Position numbers and translations under genes: made by a program. This document shows positions 1 to 12,319 of a DNA stretch of 64,000 nt, in pieces; position 1 is the stretch's first letter; every line of letters begins with the position of its first letter. The notes under the pieces are model-generated. The model ran no database searches. It saw only the letters and a program-made list of their open reading frames with translations, and had not been told where the DNA came from. The DNA is from Lama glama (Eukaryota): NCBI GenBank assembly GCA_028534125.1, contig CM052818.1:40426001-40490000 (forward strand), in the 5' to 3' direction.

Positions 1-2359
1 TATCACTGTGACCAGCAACAAGGGCTACTGTCGAGATAAGTGATAACCACCAGTAGTAGTGCTGTAGTTGCTCACAGTGTACAGTTTACATCAAAGAACA
101 CAGGCCACACCACCTTAGATTCTAAGGACACATTCAGGAGCATTGAGAAGTGGGGGGACAACAATGTCTTCAAAAGCATTTTAATGCTTTGCTTAAACTT
201 CTAACCCTCTTTCTCTGTTCTCTAATGTTTCTTCTCCCAAACCATCTATGACTCTAAAGGGCGTATCTGCTAGATCTTGGTTCCTCCTTGGTCCTCCCTG
301 GCATCAGCTCAGTTAACATGTTACAATCTCAATTAAACTTTCACCGGTTTATACGAGGCACCTCAGAAATCATCATATCCAACACTTCAACTTACAGATG
401 AGGATCTTAGACAAGAGTTGGCTCCCAAAAGTGGCATAGTCTTCTAGAAGACAAATTTGCTCCTACCAGCAGTGGGAGAAGCCTCTACTTCCTGAAAAGA
501 TAAATGGAGGAGGAGAAGGAGGATCTTGAGGAAGAATCTGGAGGCTGCATACATGGCCAACATATAGCAACTCATAGATTGACTTACAAGTCAAGTAAAT
601 TCATGTGAGTGAGTATGCCAAATGAATGAACAGGTCCACATGTACTCTTAGGGTGAACGCAGAGTTGAACAAGGACAAAATTCAAAATTTCTCCTCTACC
701 CACCCCTCTGTGTCTCCTCTACCCTCCCACACCCCCACCACCATTATCATTTTAGACAAACTATCAGAAAAAGTATAAGAAGGGGAGTTGAGATACTGGA
801 GGAGACAAATTGAAAATGTAATTATGTAAACTGAGATGGCTAAGGGGGAACACTCAGGGATGATGTCAGATTAGGGAAATAGAAAGATAGTAGAGTTGTC
901 AGAGGAAATCAAAGATATTTCTAGAAACAAGTCCTGGTGAGCCAAAGGGAAATTGAATGAATATGCTGATGTTTACTTTCCCAGGTTTTCATAGGAAATT
1001 GAAGATGGTTTTGTGAAAGGCAAGTGGGGAAAAGGTGAGTCTATAAACCATTATCCACTCAAAGCCTTGATTTAAAACATTTGCTTTCAGACACACTGAG
1101 GATTCACTATCTTGTTGGTAAAATTTGAAAAGTGATTTTTTTTCATAATTTGTTTAAAGAAAATACCTTGAGGAATTGGAAACAAGCCAAACAGGAAAAA
1201 AAAGATGTTCAGCATAAAAGGCATACTGTTGGTATTTTGGGGGCTGGAAGCAGGGACTTCCCTACCCAAGAGTTCATCTTCCCCACCTCCACCCTCTTCA
1301 GCCTGAGATGGATGGCAGGGGACTTAGATTCCAGGGACCTCAGAAGACAGATGCCCTGATGCTTGACTTCAGAAAATCTGGGATGTATTTTCAATCATAG
1401 GTTACCATTTTATCAGTGAAAAAGTGAGGACCGGGATACTATAGACAAAGTTTTGTCCTAATTTGAGTGTCCTTGAAGTGCAATGCTTGATGATGTTCCC
1501 AAGTGGGTGCCCTATCTGGGTAACTGGGAGCACTTGGGTATTCTGGAAAGCTAGATCCAGACTAGGAAAGAGAAATAGTGTGATTGAGCACAAACTTGGC
1601 TCATAGTAGAGATTTGTCCCCCTCGTACCTCTTCCCAACTCAGTCATCTGTTGATATCAGTTCCCCCTGATGGTCCATGGGTCACAGAGCCTATCATTCA
1701 GAGAAGTTTTCCAAGTTCACTCTGTCTGAGAACTGTGACTGGACAAAAGAGGGGCCCAGGGGCACCACTAGGTGGAACATATGGTCGATTCCTCAGTCCC
1801 TGCTGGGTGCAGGTCAGGAGACTCTTCTGTGAACCATCTAAGGAAGGGAGAAAAATGAGGATTGGGGAATTGTTCAGGAAAAAACATAGACCTAAAAAAA
1901 TCATTGCAGCTGGAAGAATTGTGAGGTCAGCAGTTCATCCCATTGCCTCTGATTGACTTCCACTCATGGAGGGATGTTAGTCCTCAGGGTCATCGCGGTG
2001 TGTGTGGGAGCGGGGTGGGGGTGGCAGCTGCCCCTCGTCTCTGGATCTCACCTGTCACTGCAGGCAGCCCAGCTTGGGGAAGAAAGGAGGAGAGTGCAGA
2101 TGATGTGGTGGTCAACCTCAAACAGCTGGAGGATGGCTGGAGACGGAAAGAAACAGACAAACAGGAAAGGGAAAGGGTGGAGGAAAGAGGGAAAGACTCT
2201 ACAGTGGTGAGTGGCAGAGATCAGACTTCTATGTGCCTTGGTCCTCTCTGCCCCTTCGCTCCTGTACCTGCAAATATAAAAATACCTTCATTGCCTTCTT
2301 ATCCTGATGTAGTCACCAAGACGTTTCAGCCACTTTCTCCGTACTACATCGCTCACAGT

Positions 2360-2485
2360 CAGCTTGCTCTAAAGGCAGCCTTTGCCATCCCATTTTATAA
2401 ATTAGTACATTGAGGCTCAGAAATGTTTAGGGGTCCCTGGAGTCACATAGCTCAGAGGGAGGAAGAAGGGTCTTGCACCTCAGTT
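2360..2485 (-). mobile_element. MIR SINE fragment
   Basis: cccattttataaattagtacattgaggctcagaaatg...gtcacatagct resembles the reverse-complemented MIR core. Confidence 0.75.
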
Positions 2486-3239
2486 GTCATAACAAAAGGA
2501 AGGGAGACACGGTCATTCCTCCAGAGATGTATTCACAGCTCAGGGAGTGGCCAGGGAAGGAAAGACACGCAGTGAGAGGTCTATGGCAAGAAATTTGGAG
2601 GAAAAGGCCAAAGAGACCAGAGGTTAAGGGGAAAGAGGTGTGAAGGAAAGAAAACACGCCGTCGGCTGCGGCAGCCTCTACACCATCGTGTTTTACTTAA
2701 CACACTATGTCCTGAATTAGGAGATGGATGAGAGGATAAACAACACCCACGCAGGCTGACTAAGGCCCCGGGGACTTGGCTGCATGGAAAGGAGGCACAA
2801 ACTGATTCTCACCCAGGCCTTGCAGATGTGAGAAGGAAGGGCGGTGCCTAGTGGACCATCAGTCTTGGCCAGAGAGGGCAAGAGGCAGGTTGGGATGGAC
2901 CAGCCCTGGGCAGAAGTGGTGGCGAGCAGAGGGAACGAATAGCAGCTGGGGCAGGTGTCTCCTTATCAGTCGCTAGCCCTCAGCCCCTGACGGGCCCCCC
3001 TACGCCTCACATTCCAAGTGAGTCAGTGTCATCATCGATCTCTGCTGTGTAGTCACAGGGCTGGCGGGGGGGGTCTGTCTGGAACACAGAAGGCCCCTTC
3101 ACACATGCATTTGGCCCAAGATGCACTCAAAATATTCTGTCCTTTGCAGCTGTCTGCATCCACAGGATCCTAATAGCTGGAACACCCCTCATGCTCTTGC
3201 ACCCCTACTGTTCTCATGAAAACCTTTCATCAACTCCAT

Positions 3240-3400
3240 GAGTTACTTACTCACTTACTCACTTGTTTAGCAGATGGTATGGGGTAGCAGGTACCTTGCT
3301 AGATGTGAGAGGCGTAGCCATGAAGGTCCTGGCCTTCTGGAAGAGCACAGCCTGGTGGGTTAACAAGGCAAGTCAGGGAACAATTTCGATTTAGTGTGCT
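3240..3400 (-). mobile_element. L2 LINE 3' fragment
   Basis: Degenerate L2 3'-end pattern (...ggtcctggccttctggaagagcacagcctggtggg). Confidence 0.5.
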
Positions 3401-3479
3401 AGGTAAGATAGGAGGCAAGCACTGGATGGGACAGCACTGAATCTAGTTGGAGGGTGGGTGGTGGGTGGTGGGTGGGAGG

Positions 3480-3650
3480 AGAGTCCATGGCAGCCCAACG
3501 CTGGCCTGATAGAACCACGATCCTGTAGGAACCAGACTTCATCCCAAAGATCACTCTGAAGTACACAGGTGTGGTCTTTATCCTCACAACCCAAGATGGC
3601 TAATTGAGTTCCAGTCATCACCTCTTCATGATACAATGTCAGCAGAAGCA
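3480..3650 (-). mobile_element. MLT1J/K-like MaLR LTR fragment
   Basis: cccaagatggctaattgagttccagtcatcacctc resembles MLT1J/K ccaagatggctgctggagctccagccatcacatc. Confidence 0.55.
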
Positions 3651-4289
3651 ACCAACTCAGGGGGACTCATCCTACTCGATCGTCCTAGGAATTCTTAGGT
3701 GTTTTCTTTCATGCTTTCATCATTCATTCATTCATTCTCCCAAATGCAGTGTCCCTTCAGTGTCCTGTTCTGTGTGTTCTGAATGTGGAGCTTTGCATTG
3801 AGCTGGAGAATGTAGTTGGACCCATCAACCCTTGTTGTCCATCATCATGATATAAAACAAATTTCACTGTATTTGGACCCTTCTCTCTACCACCTCTCAA
3901 TGCACACAGACACGTGTTGAATTATACATGGAGACCACAGAGACGTGATGCTAAGGGACACCATAAAGGGTTCTGAGGCCAGCCTTTCCTTGGAGTTTTT
4001 AGTTTGCTGAAGATTCAGCTTTCCCATAGAGTTGTCTACTAGGACATTAAGTTACTGCCAAGGAGACTGAGTGGCGGGTAGAGCCCCAGAACCCCTACCT
4101 GGACCCTGGCTCTTCCACCTCTAATGATTTGATACCAGACTTGATAATGGTCCCGGGCTTTGATGATCTGATCCAACTTGAGGCCTTACCTATGGATTTA
4201 TGTCCTTTCTCCATTTCTTGCTACTGCATCTTTCTACTTGGAGAGAGTGAGCCTCCAGCCTGATAGGTTATATTGTACAAGTGCGGAAC

Positions 4290-4460
4290 GCGAATCCGGG
4301 CATTCAGCGACTCTGAGCCAGGCCCTTAGAAAGTTGTACGATACAAACCCCTTCAGTCTTGAGCCTGCTTCTTGTAAGAAACAGAGATGGTAACAATCCC
4401 TGCCTCAAGCTTTTTATGAACATTAAATGCAAATAAGTCTGGCAGAACCTGTCAATAAAA
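4290..4460 (+). mobile_element. MIR fragment
   Basis: tgtaagaaacagagatggtaacaatccctgcctc...attaaatg resembles the MIR 3' half. Confidence 0.5.
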
Positions 4461-5358
4461 GAGAGAGTTTTCCTTCTTTTCCTTTAAAGGGGCTTTCTCT
4501 TCCAGAATATCGGCATCTTAGGAAATGGAAGGACTCTGATAAAAAGGGAAGTAACTCAACCACAAAATCTTGGTGCCAGCCTGGGCTGGAGGAAGCCCCC
4601 ATAGCGAACAGCTCAAATTTCCTTCTCTTTTGGCTGACAGAGTTGGAGGCAGGAGTCTGATACTTATCTCCTTCCATCTGTTTCTCCGTGCAGGCTTATT
4701 ATAAGGGGATGTGTCGATTCCAAAACAGTGGCCCCTTCTATGGAAGTGCACAAAACATTTCTCTTAATTTCCTCGTGCTTTGCTCCCAGGCTTCCAAGCG
4801 TAAAATCCAGAGGTGCTAAAAAGATGGCGCCTTCCCGACTTCTCTGCTGTGAGGCAGCCTCTGGGGAGGGCAGGGCCTTGAGGCAAGGTCTAGGGTGGGG
4901 ATGTTATCTCCCAAGTCCCACAGCAGCCCCTCGACCCTCCCTGATCACACCCTTTGTTTGAGCCAGATCAATATCTTCCCTGTTCCCCAAATGGTCTCTT
5001 TTCCCATCTTAATGGTCTTCGTCTATCCCCTCTGCTCCTGCCCCCAACTTCAACTTCCATCCAGAGCCCTGATTCCCAGCTTTAACATCTGCAGCCCCCA
5101 GTCTCACCCACACCTATCGTCAGGCATAGGCTGTGCTGTGCTCCAAGACTAGGGGATGGCAGCAGGTTAGGTGATTAGGCTGGTCCGGATGGACTGAGGC
5201 TTTGAATGGGGAAGCAGAGCCTTTTCCACGGGCAGACGCAGGCGCTGAGGAAGCTTTGCAGATACTGAAAAAATGTAATGGGCCCAGCCTTCCTTCCACA
5301 CCTCTGCTTCCCAGCAGCCTTCATTCCTGGGGGTCTGAGTCTACATTTAGAAACTGAA

Positions 5359-5833
5359 TGCTGTAGACCGAATGTTTCTCTTCCCCCAAATCCATATGTT
5401 GAATGGTATTACAAGGTGGAGTATCTGAGAACTAGTTAGGTTTAGATGAGATTGTGAGATCTTAGTTCAGATTGCTATAACAAATGACCACAGGCTGGGT
5501 GGCTTAAATAACAAACACTAATTTCTCACATTTCTGGAGGCTGGGAAGTTCAAGGTCAGGGTACCAACACATTTGGTGTCTGGAGAGAACCAACGTGCTG
5601 GTATGTAGATGTCCATCTTTCACTGTATTCTCACATGGTGGAGAGCAAAGAGAAAGAGCAAGTAATTTGTATAAGGGCACTAATGCATTCATGAGGGTGC
5701 CATCCTCACAACCCAATTACCTCCTGAAGGCTCCACCTCCTAATGCCATCACACTGGGGGCTAGGATTTTCATATATAAATTTTGGGAGTAGGAAGCAAA
5801 TACTTAGTCTTTAACACAGTCTGAACCAAGACA
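5359..5833 (+). mobile_element. MLT1A-like LTR, outer copy: 5' ~100 bp (5359-5457) and 3' 17 bp (5817-5833)
   Basis: Starts tgctgtagaccgaatgtttctcttcccccaaatccatatgttgaa and ends cagtctgaaccaagaca; flanked by ctgaa/ctgag (4/5 TSD). Confidence 0.75.
5459..5816 (-). mobile_element. MLT1A-like LTR, full-length inner copy
   Basis: tcttagttcagattgctataacaaa...ggaggctgggaagttcaaggtcagggt...taagggcactaat...tagtctttaaca matches the reverse MLT1A0 consensus end to end. Confidence 0.9.
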
Positions 5834-6169
5834 CTGAGGAAGTCTGGATGCTCAGGATAGACATTTATATTCCAACGTAACTTTAGGGAATGTACATCTC
5901 AGCCTGGAAACCCACCCATCCTGGTATAGCCCGAAATTTACTGCAGGATCTAGAAATGAACATTTTGGGGGCTGTACCTAGAAGTCATAAGCTCATAGGA
6001 AAGGCTGCTATTTTAGACTGAGATGATCGTTCTCTTTTAAAATATACTTTCCATATATTTTCTATAATTGCTCTTGCTTCAAAAAAAAAAAGAACTTTTA
6101 TATATACCATGAACATGATTTTACAGATAAATCTGTAATTTAAGCCTCAAAATAATAATAAGTGAAATA

Positions 6170-6305
6170 AATATTGCGACTCCCATTTTATAGATGAAGA
6201 GGCTGAGAGGAGTTAATTCCACCAGCATCATATAGCTAGCAAGTAGTGGACATAAGCGGAACACAAATGTGCAATTTTCTCTGCATCCAAATATCTTATT
6301 ACCAG
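6170..6305 (-). mobile_element. MIR fragment
   Basis: cccatttttatagatgaagaggctgagagg...tagctagcaagtagtgg. Confidence 0.75.
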
Positions 6306-7459
6306 TGTGATTCATTTTAGATTGTCAGTTCTGAATGGTGAAGTTTCTGTAGACTCCCAAAAAGCATGACAAATCAAACAAAATAATTTTCCCAATCATC
6401 TTTCAGTGGCATCCCGGGAGCATAAATGCCCAACTCTATAATCTCATAAATATATTTCTACTTAGTTCTCTTTAGATTGATCAAATTGTAACCAGTTTTT
6501 CTTTTGACTTTCCACTGCACCATACATGTGCTATAATCATGGCATCCATAACACTTGAGTCCACTTATTTTATTACATGACACTTAGAGTTAGAAGAACA
6601 TTGCACACAAAGGGAGACCTCCTTGAGAGTCGAAACTCGACTTACTCCATCAGTGTCAACACCACTCTTGGACCCAAGCAGGAGGGTGCTGCCCCAGCCT
6701 GCACATCAAGCAGCCTCGTAATTTGGAGTGGCTTCCTGGAAATTTTCTTAGTTCCCCTCCAGAGTCAAAGACCAGTTCAGGTTGGGCCAACAGATCCATG
6801 GGGGCAGTTGGAGATGTCCTGGGGCCATGTGGTCTGGCTCTGTTGTAGATTTCTGAGAGGGAGCCTGGGAAGAAATAGCTCCCATTGGCCAGCATAGTAT
6901 GTCTTTCATGGAATGGCACGAGATTGTGTTCCCAATGCTGCTGACATTCTGATATTGGTGACTTATATAGTTTATACAGAAAATTATTTACCCAGAACTA
7001 TGCATACTGGAAAAGCATCCCTGATTACTGTATCTGCAGCTCCCAGGCACAATGCATCATCTTAGCAAACACTGGTGAAATCAATGAATGAATGGATAAA
7101 TGCTCTGTGATACTTGAAAATAAATTAAGAACATTTAGATTTTTTTCCTGATTATGGAGCTGGCATTAATAAGCAGTCATTCTCCATAGACAAAACTGTA
7201 TAAAACTCACTGTCAGAGTGCAGTGAATGCTCCCAGACTTAAGATGACTAATGAAAACATTGGTACCAATTAGTCTGTTCAGAAAACCCATGCACTCGCC
7301 TAGACTTACTCAATTCACTGGGCTTTTTATGTCAATGTGCTTGTATCCTAGACACATTAACTGTGCCTATATTCCTCAGTCATGGGAAACCCAGCATCTT
7401 TTAGTAGCTTCCCTCCCCCGACACTCACATTATAGGGTCACCAGGGCCAGGAAGTCCCA

Positions 7460-7483
7460 AAGAAGAAGAAGAAGAAGAAGAAG
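7460..7483 (+). repeat. (AAG)8 microsatellite
   Basis: Direct count of eight perfect units. Confidence 0.97.
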
Positions 7484-7999
7484 AAAGCCTGATTTATCTC
7501 AATCTTGTGCAGAGCTAAAATGACATTTTTTTTAAATTCCTACACTGATGTTGAAAATGAAATCTTCAAGACAAATGGCTTCTGGGCAGTGGAAATTCCA
7601 GCCCCAACAGAGAGGAATAAAGCAGCTTTCTGTTGTGAAGGCTGAAGCCACCAAGGTTGTGGTATCTGATTGGCTAATGTGTTATATTTTGAGTGAGGAC
7701 TGACAAGAGTCTGATGTGAAATCATCATGCGATTCTGTGGAAGATGCCTCCCTTATGTCTTACTACGTGATTTCCAAAGGAATTGGGCCTGTTGTCAAAA
7801 ATAACATGCTTCATATGAAATACAGATTTATTGGGACTCAGATAAGTTATTTATGACATTGGGTTTATGCCTTTAATAACCCATTATCCAAGAGGGTGTC
7901 TGAAGGAAGAAGGCCTCTGGCTAAGGGCCAGGGAATTACAGACCATGATGGAGGGGGAGGCCACACAGTCTTCTCCCAGAGACGACTAGTCCTTACAGA

Positions 8000-8400
8000 T
8001 GTCCTGAGCAGCTAGGATGTGTGCAGTACTGCTTAAACGCTAAGTATGGACATACAAGACAGGGTCCCAACCTCAAGGACTTATAATCAAATTGTTGTAA
8101 CATGAAAACATCATGAATCATTTAAATGGATATTTAATTTACACCATAAGAATTCGGTTCCTAGTAGACTGAGATGCTCAGAAATTTCTCAGATTAGGGT
8201 ATTTTGAGCAGGGCCTCGAATACTGGATATGTTTATTAGGAGTTTAGAATTGAGGAAGGCACTTGAGTAAACAATGTGAATAAAAGCCTAGAGGTGGGAG
8301 AATCCAAACCCCTTTCAGGCACAATAAGGAGACAAGATGGGGCTGGAGGGTGAGGATTTCGAGTGGGTCAGAAGGAATTAAGGCTGGAAGAGCAGATTTG
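8000..8400 (-). mobile_element. L2 fragment
   Basis: acaagacagggtcccaacctcaaggacttataatc and tttgagcagggcctcgaa...aaaagcctagaggtgggag. Confidence 0.7.
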
Positions 8401-8504
8401 CTGATTCCACTCTACTTCACTATTTCTATTTAAACAACTCATTGACTAGAGTAGCCCAACATTCTCGAGAATATGTCTCAAAAATATCTCCATTTATTCC
8501 ACTC

Positions 8505-8662
8505 CCAGTGTGTGTGCACGTACAATATACATTGTGTGTGAGTGTCTGTGGACGGCGAGTGTTTGGTGTGTGATGTGTGTGAGGACATGGAGGGATATGA
8601 TGTTGTAACATGTGCCATGTGTCTTGTGTTTGCCGTGTGTGTGGGTAAATATATATATATAT
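8505..8662. repeat. TG-rich low-complexity tract ending in (AT)n
   Basis: Degenerate (TG)n runs and atatatatatata. Confidence 0.7.
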
Positions 8663-8817
8663 AGAAGGGCGTTAGTTGAGCTGGGCAGAAATATGGCAGA
8701 ATTTTCCATGTCACTGAGCCCCACCCAGCGGCCCTTCTCAGGCAGCACAGCATATGAGGAGAGACCCTAACTAGCACATATGTCTTCCCAGACATCTACC
8801 TTTATAGAAAGACCATT

Positions 8818-9215
8818 GGTCCATCTATGTTATTGAAAGTGGCAAGATTTCATCTTCTTTCATGGCTGGATCGTGAGGACATTATGCTAAGTGAAATAAG
8901 TCAGATGAAGGAGGACAAATACCATATGATTTCACTCATATTTGGACTATAACAAGCAAAAAAAATGAACAAACTAAAACAAACAAAAACAAACACACAT
9001 AGATACAGAAAACAGAGTACCTGTGACCAGAGGGGAAGGGGCAGGTGGGGAGAGGGCAAAATGGGTTAAGGGAATCAACTCTATGGTGATGGATGGAAAT
9101 TAAATTTTAGGGGGTAAGAAAGCAGAAGTGTATACAGAAGTAGTAATGTTAACATACACGTGGAACTTACATGCTATAAACCAATGCTTCCTCAGTAAAA
9201 ATCAGTTTTAAAAAG
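8818..9215 (+). mobile_element. 5'-truncated L1 3' end with inverted 5' segment (8818-8868)
   Basis: cattatgctaagtgaaataagtcaga...acaaataccatatgatttcactcat is L1 ORF2 end/3'UTR; the preceding 51 nt are the adjacent L1 segment reversed. Confidence 0.9.
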
Positions 9216-9569
9216 ACTCTAAAAAATGCATTCATATATATTTATGAGTGACTATTTTTTTCTAAAATAGATTCATAGAATAAAAAAGATGGGAGAGAAT
9301 GTTAAAAAAACAGAGAGAAAGAAAAAGAAAAGGCAGATCTTTGGGGAAACAATCAGTGTTGGAAGGGGAGATACCATAGCTTCTTGCCACACTAAGGTAT
9401 AAATTATTTTATATTTCTACTAAAATCAGAGGCCCAGAGGCAGGAATCTAGAGATCTGGCTAAATTATTTGGATTTAAATCTGTGGAAAATGGTTCTAAG
9501 GCAGCAATTCAGGCACCAATGACAAAAAGACATATCTAAGCTTTGCTTTTGGACCCAAAGATAATTATA

Positions 9570-10400
9570 CATAGCTCCTGTTCCCAAAGAGCTTCCTTAC
9601 AGTGAAGGAGACAAAAAAACAAAGCAACAAACAAAACAAAGAAGGTAAGTGAGGGCTGAGATGAGATACAAGGGATCTTGTAAGATACAGAGAAAGACAC
9701 AGGCTGTAGACTTAGTAAGTGAGATGTGAAATTTTTAAGCTGTCTGTTAAGTTGAGTAGGATTTTCAAGCTAGGGAAGGGGTGGGTGAAGGAAGAGATTT
9801 CCAGGATGAGGGTGTCAAAAATAAACAAAACCTGACATTAGTTAACAGGCTAAGGACAGATTTTAGTCAGTGATTAGACTATTGCAAGAGAGAAGAGTCC
9901 GGTGCGACGTGAACTCAACTTCTGTTTGCACGGAGGAGATGGGGCATTTTAGAGGGAGGATGGGAGAAAAGAGAGGGGAGTGAACAGAGCCTCAGGAGGG
10001 CCAGGGAAGTGGAAATTACAAAATGCTGGGAGGAGGGGTTGGTCCTCGTGAAACCCATCCAGGTTTGTCAACTGACTCTTATCAGCTTATCAAAGTTAGG
10101 CTCCTACGGTCCCACAGGGACTGGGAGACAGGTATCGGCTTGAACAAACTATAAATTCTTTGGACAGTCTTGAGTTTTCTCAGGCAGGCACGTTAACAGG
10201 GGCTAGGATCATCTTAGAGATGTGACCTTGAGTGCTAAGAAACTATGTTCATGTTTTGTTCCAGTTGTTAGGGGCCACGGTTGAAGCCGAGTCAAGAACA
10301 GGCTCAGAGAAGCCTGGTAAGTGGTCAAGGAGAATCTTTGCCAACAAACAACATGAGCTGAGATACAGAAGCCTGGAAGGTCTCAGTGAACGTGGAGAAT
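9570..10400 (-). mobile_element. L2 fragment interrupted by the LTR at 9813-10343
   Basis: ttccaggatgaggg...aacaacatgagc rejoins to the L2 motif ttccaggcagagggaacagcatgtgc. Confidence 0.65.
9813..10343 (-). mobile_element. ERV1 solo LTR, MER67-like
   Basis: TG...CA ends; minus strand reads TGGCAAAGATTCTCCTTGACC...GTGCCTGCCTGAGAAAACTCAAG...GTAGGAGCCTAACTTTGATAAG. Confidence 0.8.
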
Positions 10401-10729
10401 TTCCAGGCGACCCAGGACAGTCAGGAGTACGGAGGGGAGGTAGGTAGGGGCAGGATATGAGGCTGGAGAGGTAGTTGAGATTCAGCTTCTGGAAGGGTCT
10501 TTGGGGTTTTCTGGTGGAGGGGTTGCTGTCCTCTGGCAGGTGGATCCTGGTCGAGGAGCTGCAGTTGACTGTTGGATAAACATGAGGGGCTACGATAGAT
10601 AAGCCAGACTGTCGAATTGGCTACTGCTCTTCGTTTATTTCCCTGCTGTTGTCCGTGAACCTTCAGCAAAGGCTTGTTTAAATCTTCCAGTTGAATATCA
10701 GCTGTGCTGTGGGAAGCACTGGAGGATCT

Positions 10730-11300
10730 TAGTCATAGCCTTTCTGGAAATGTGACAGAAATCCAAACTCTCCGTGCTGGGAGATCCAGGGATTGGGCTG
10801 AAGGCCAGGCTGGATCCAGAGTCTTTAGCAAAGTCATTTCCATTCGCATAACGTGGGCTTTGACTTCTTTTTTATTTTATATTTATACATTTGTTTATTT
10901 AATTCTTTTAAAGTTTATACAGCAATGTGTTTCTTCATGTGATTGAGGACGATGGTTCCAGGAAGCGCCAGGCTTTCATAATTTTGGTTTTTGCTTGTGA
11001 TTTCTGAATGAAAGAGTGAATTTCCATCCCAGGGAAAATAAATCAACTCTCAAGGCTGACCTTGGTTTATTATAGTTGAATAATGTGTTTATTCTTGAAC
11101 CAATCATCATTGCCAAGGGGAAGTATACTCTAATTGGCCAACTTGGGTCACTCACATGGGTGAGGAGTGGGATGGGGGACCGTAAACGTCCCACCAGTCC
11201 ACACAGAGTGGGGCAGGGATGGTTTCCCATAGGAAAAGCAGAGGGATGTTTCAGACAAAGGAGGAGCAAATTCTGGATCATATAAATAAAATAAGACGTA
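10730..11300 (-). mobile_element. MLT1K/L-like MaLR LTR
   Basis: ggctggatccagag; gaaccaatcatcattgccaagggg...ctctaattggcc; gggatggtttcccataggaaaa. Confidence 0.7.
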
Positions 11301-11854
11301 TCGACTCCAAAGTATTTTTTCTTGTGTCAGTATCTGGACCAGACCATCAGGAGGAAATGCCATACCACAGAGACCAGAATGATCGTGGCATCATGACAGT
11401 GGAAGTTAGCAAGGGGAAGTTAATAAAGGAAGGTCAGAGACAGGCTGTTACATTTTCTGGAACTATCCAGACACTCTTCCCAAGAACTTATCAATAGTCA
11501 AAGAAAGATGAGACTTTTTTTTTTTTACCAGCTATGACACTAGAAAACACATGAGCCTGGAAAATATTGGTCAAATATTATGCAGAGTGTAACTCTAGTT
11601 TGCCCTTTAGGAAAAGGGTCAGTGCAAATTTTGCAATGGACAACTCCAGAGATGACATTCTCACAGATAATCCCTTACAAGGAGGCCCAGAAAATGAAAC
11701 ACACATATTATTAAATTAACACTTGTTTAATGTGTGATCTAAAACAGTGTCTTTCTAGATGTCATTATAAAAGACATTGCTTTAGATGATTGTTCATGTC
11801 TGCAAAGGTTTCCTACAAGATTGTCCTTGATTATTACAAAAAATACTCTAAAAA

Positions 11855-12000
11855 TTTGCCTTTCAAAGAGCGATCTATAGACCAGCAGCATCAGTGTCAT
11901 CTGAGATCTTCTTAGACATACAGAATCTTAGAAATCACAGTTTGCATTTTAAGGAGATCCCCAGGTGATCTGTGTGCACATAACAGTCTTAGAAGCACTT
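11855..12000. mobile_element. MER5A hAT-Charlie MITE
   Basis: accagcagcatcagtgtcatctgag...tgcattttaaggagatccccaggtgatctgtgtgcacat...agaagcact. Confidence 0.85.
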
Positions 12001-12074
12001 CGGTAAAGCACCATCTTTCCTGTGCCAAACACTACCAAAATGCCATTGTAGAAATTCAACAGAATGAAAGGAAG

Positions 12075-12160
12075 TATGAAAGGTATGAGCTTTGGAATCA
12101 GGAGTAACTGGGTTCAAATTCTGACTCTATGACTTTGAGTATGTACTTAACATCTCTTAT
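12075..12160 (+). mobile_element. MIR 5' fragment
   Basis: gagctttggaatcagg...ctgggttcaaattctgactct...tacttaacatctct. Confidence 0.75.
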
Positions 12161-12319
12161 GTATGTAAACATTCATCCATTTCTGAAATATGTCAGATGC
12201 TCCAGTAATGTGAGCTCTGTTTTCCCTCATTCCCACTTAAATCCAGGGACACCACACAGTGTGCCTTAGATTATACAGAATGTACAATATTTAACGAGGA
12301 GTTCGTTGCTATCATTTAA

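Noticed and set aside
1765..1778. CTCF-like CCACTAGGTGGAAC
   Set aside because: Mismatch at the highly conserved C of GGC; not called without ChIP data
4821..4830. YY1 motif AAGATGGCGC as a promoter
   Set aside because: Isolated motif with no CpG island or other promoter context
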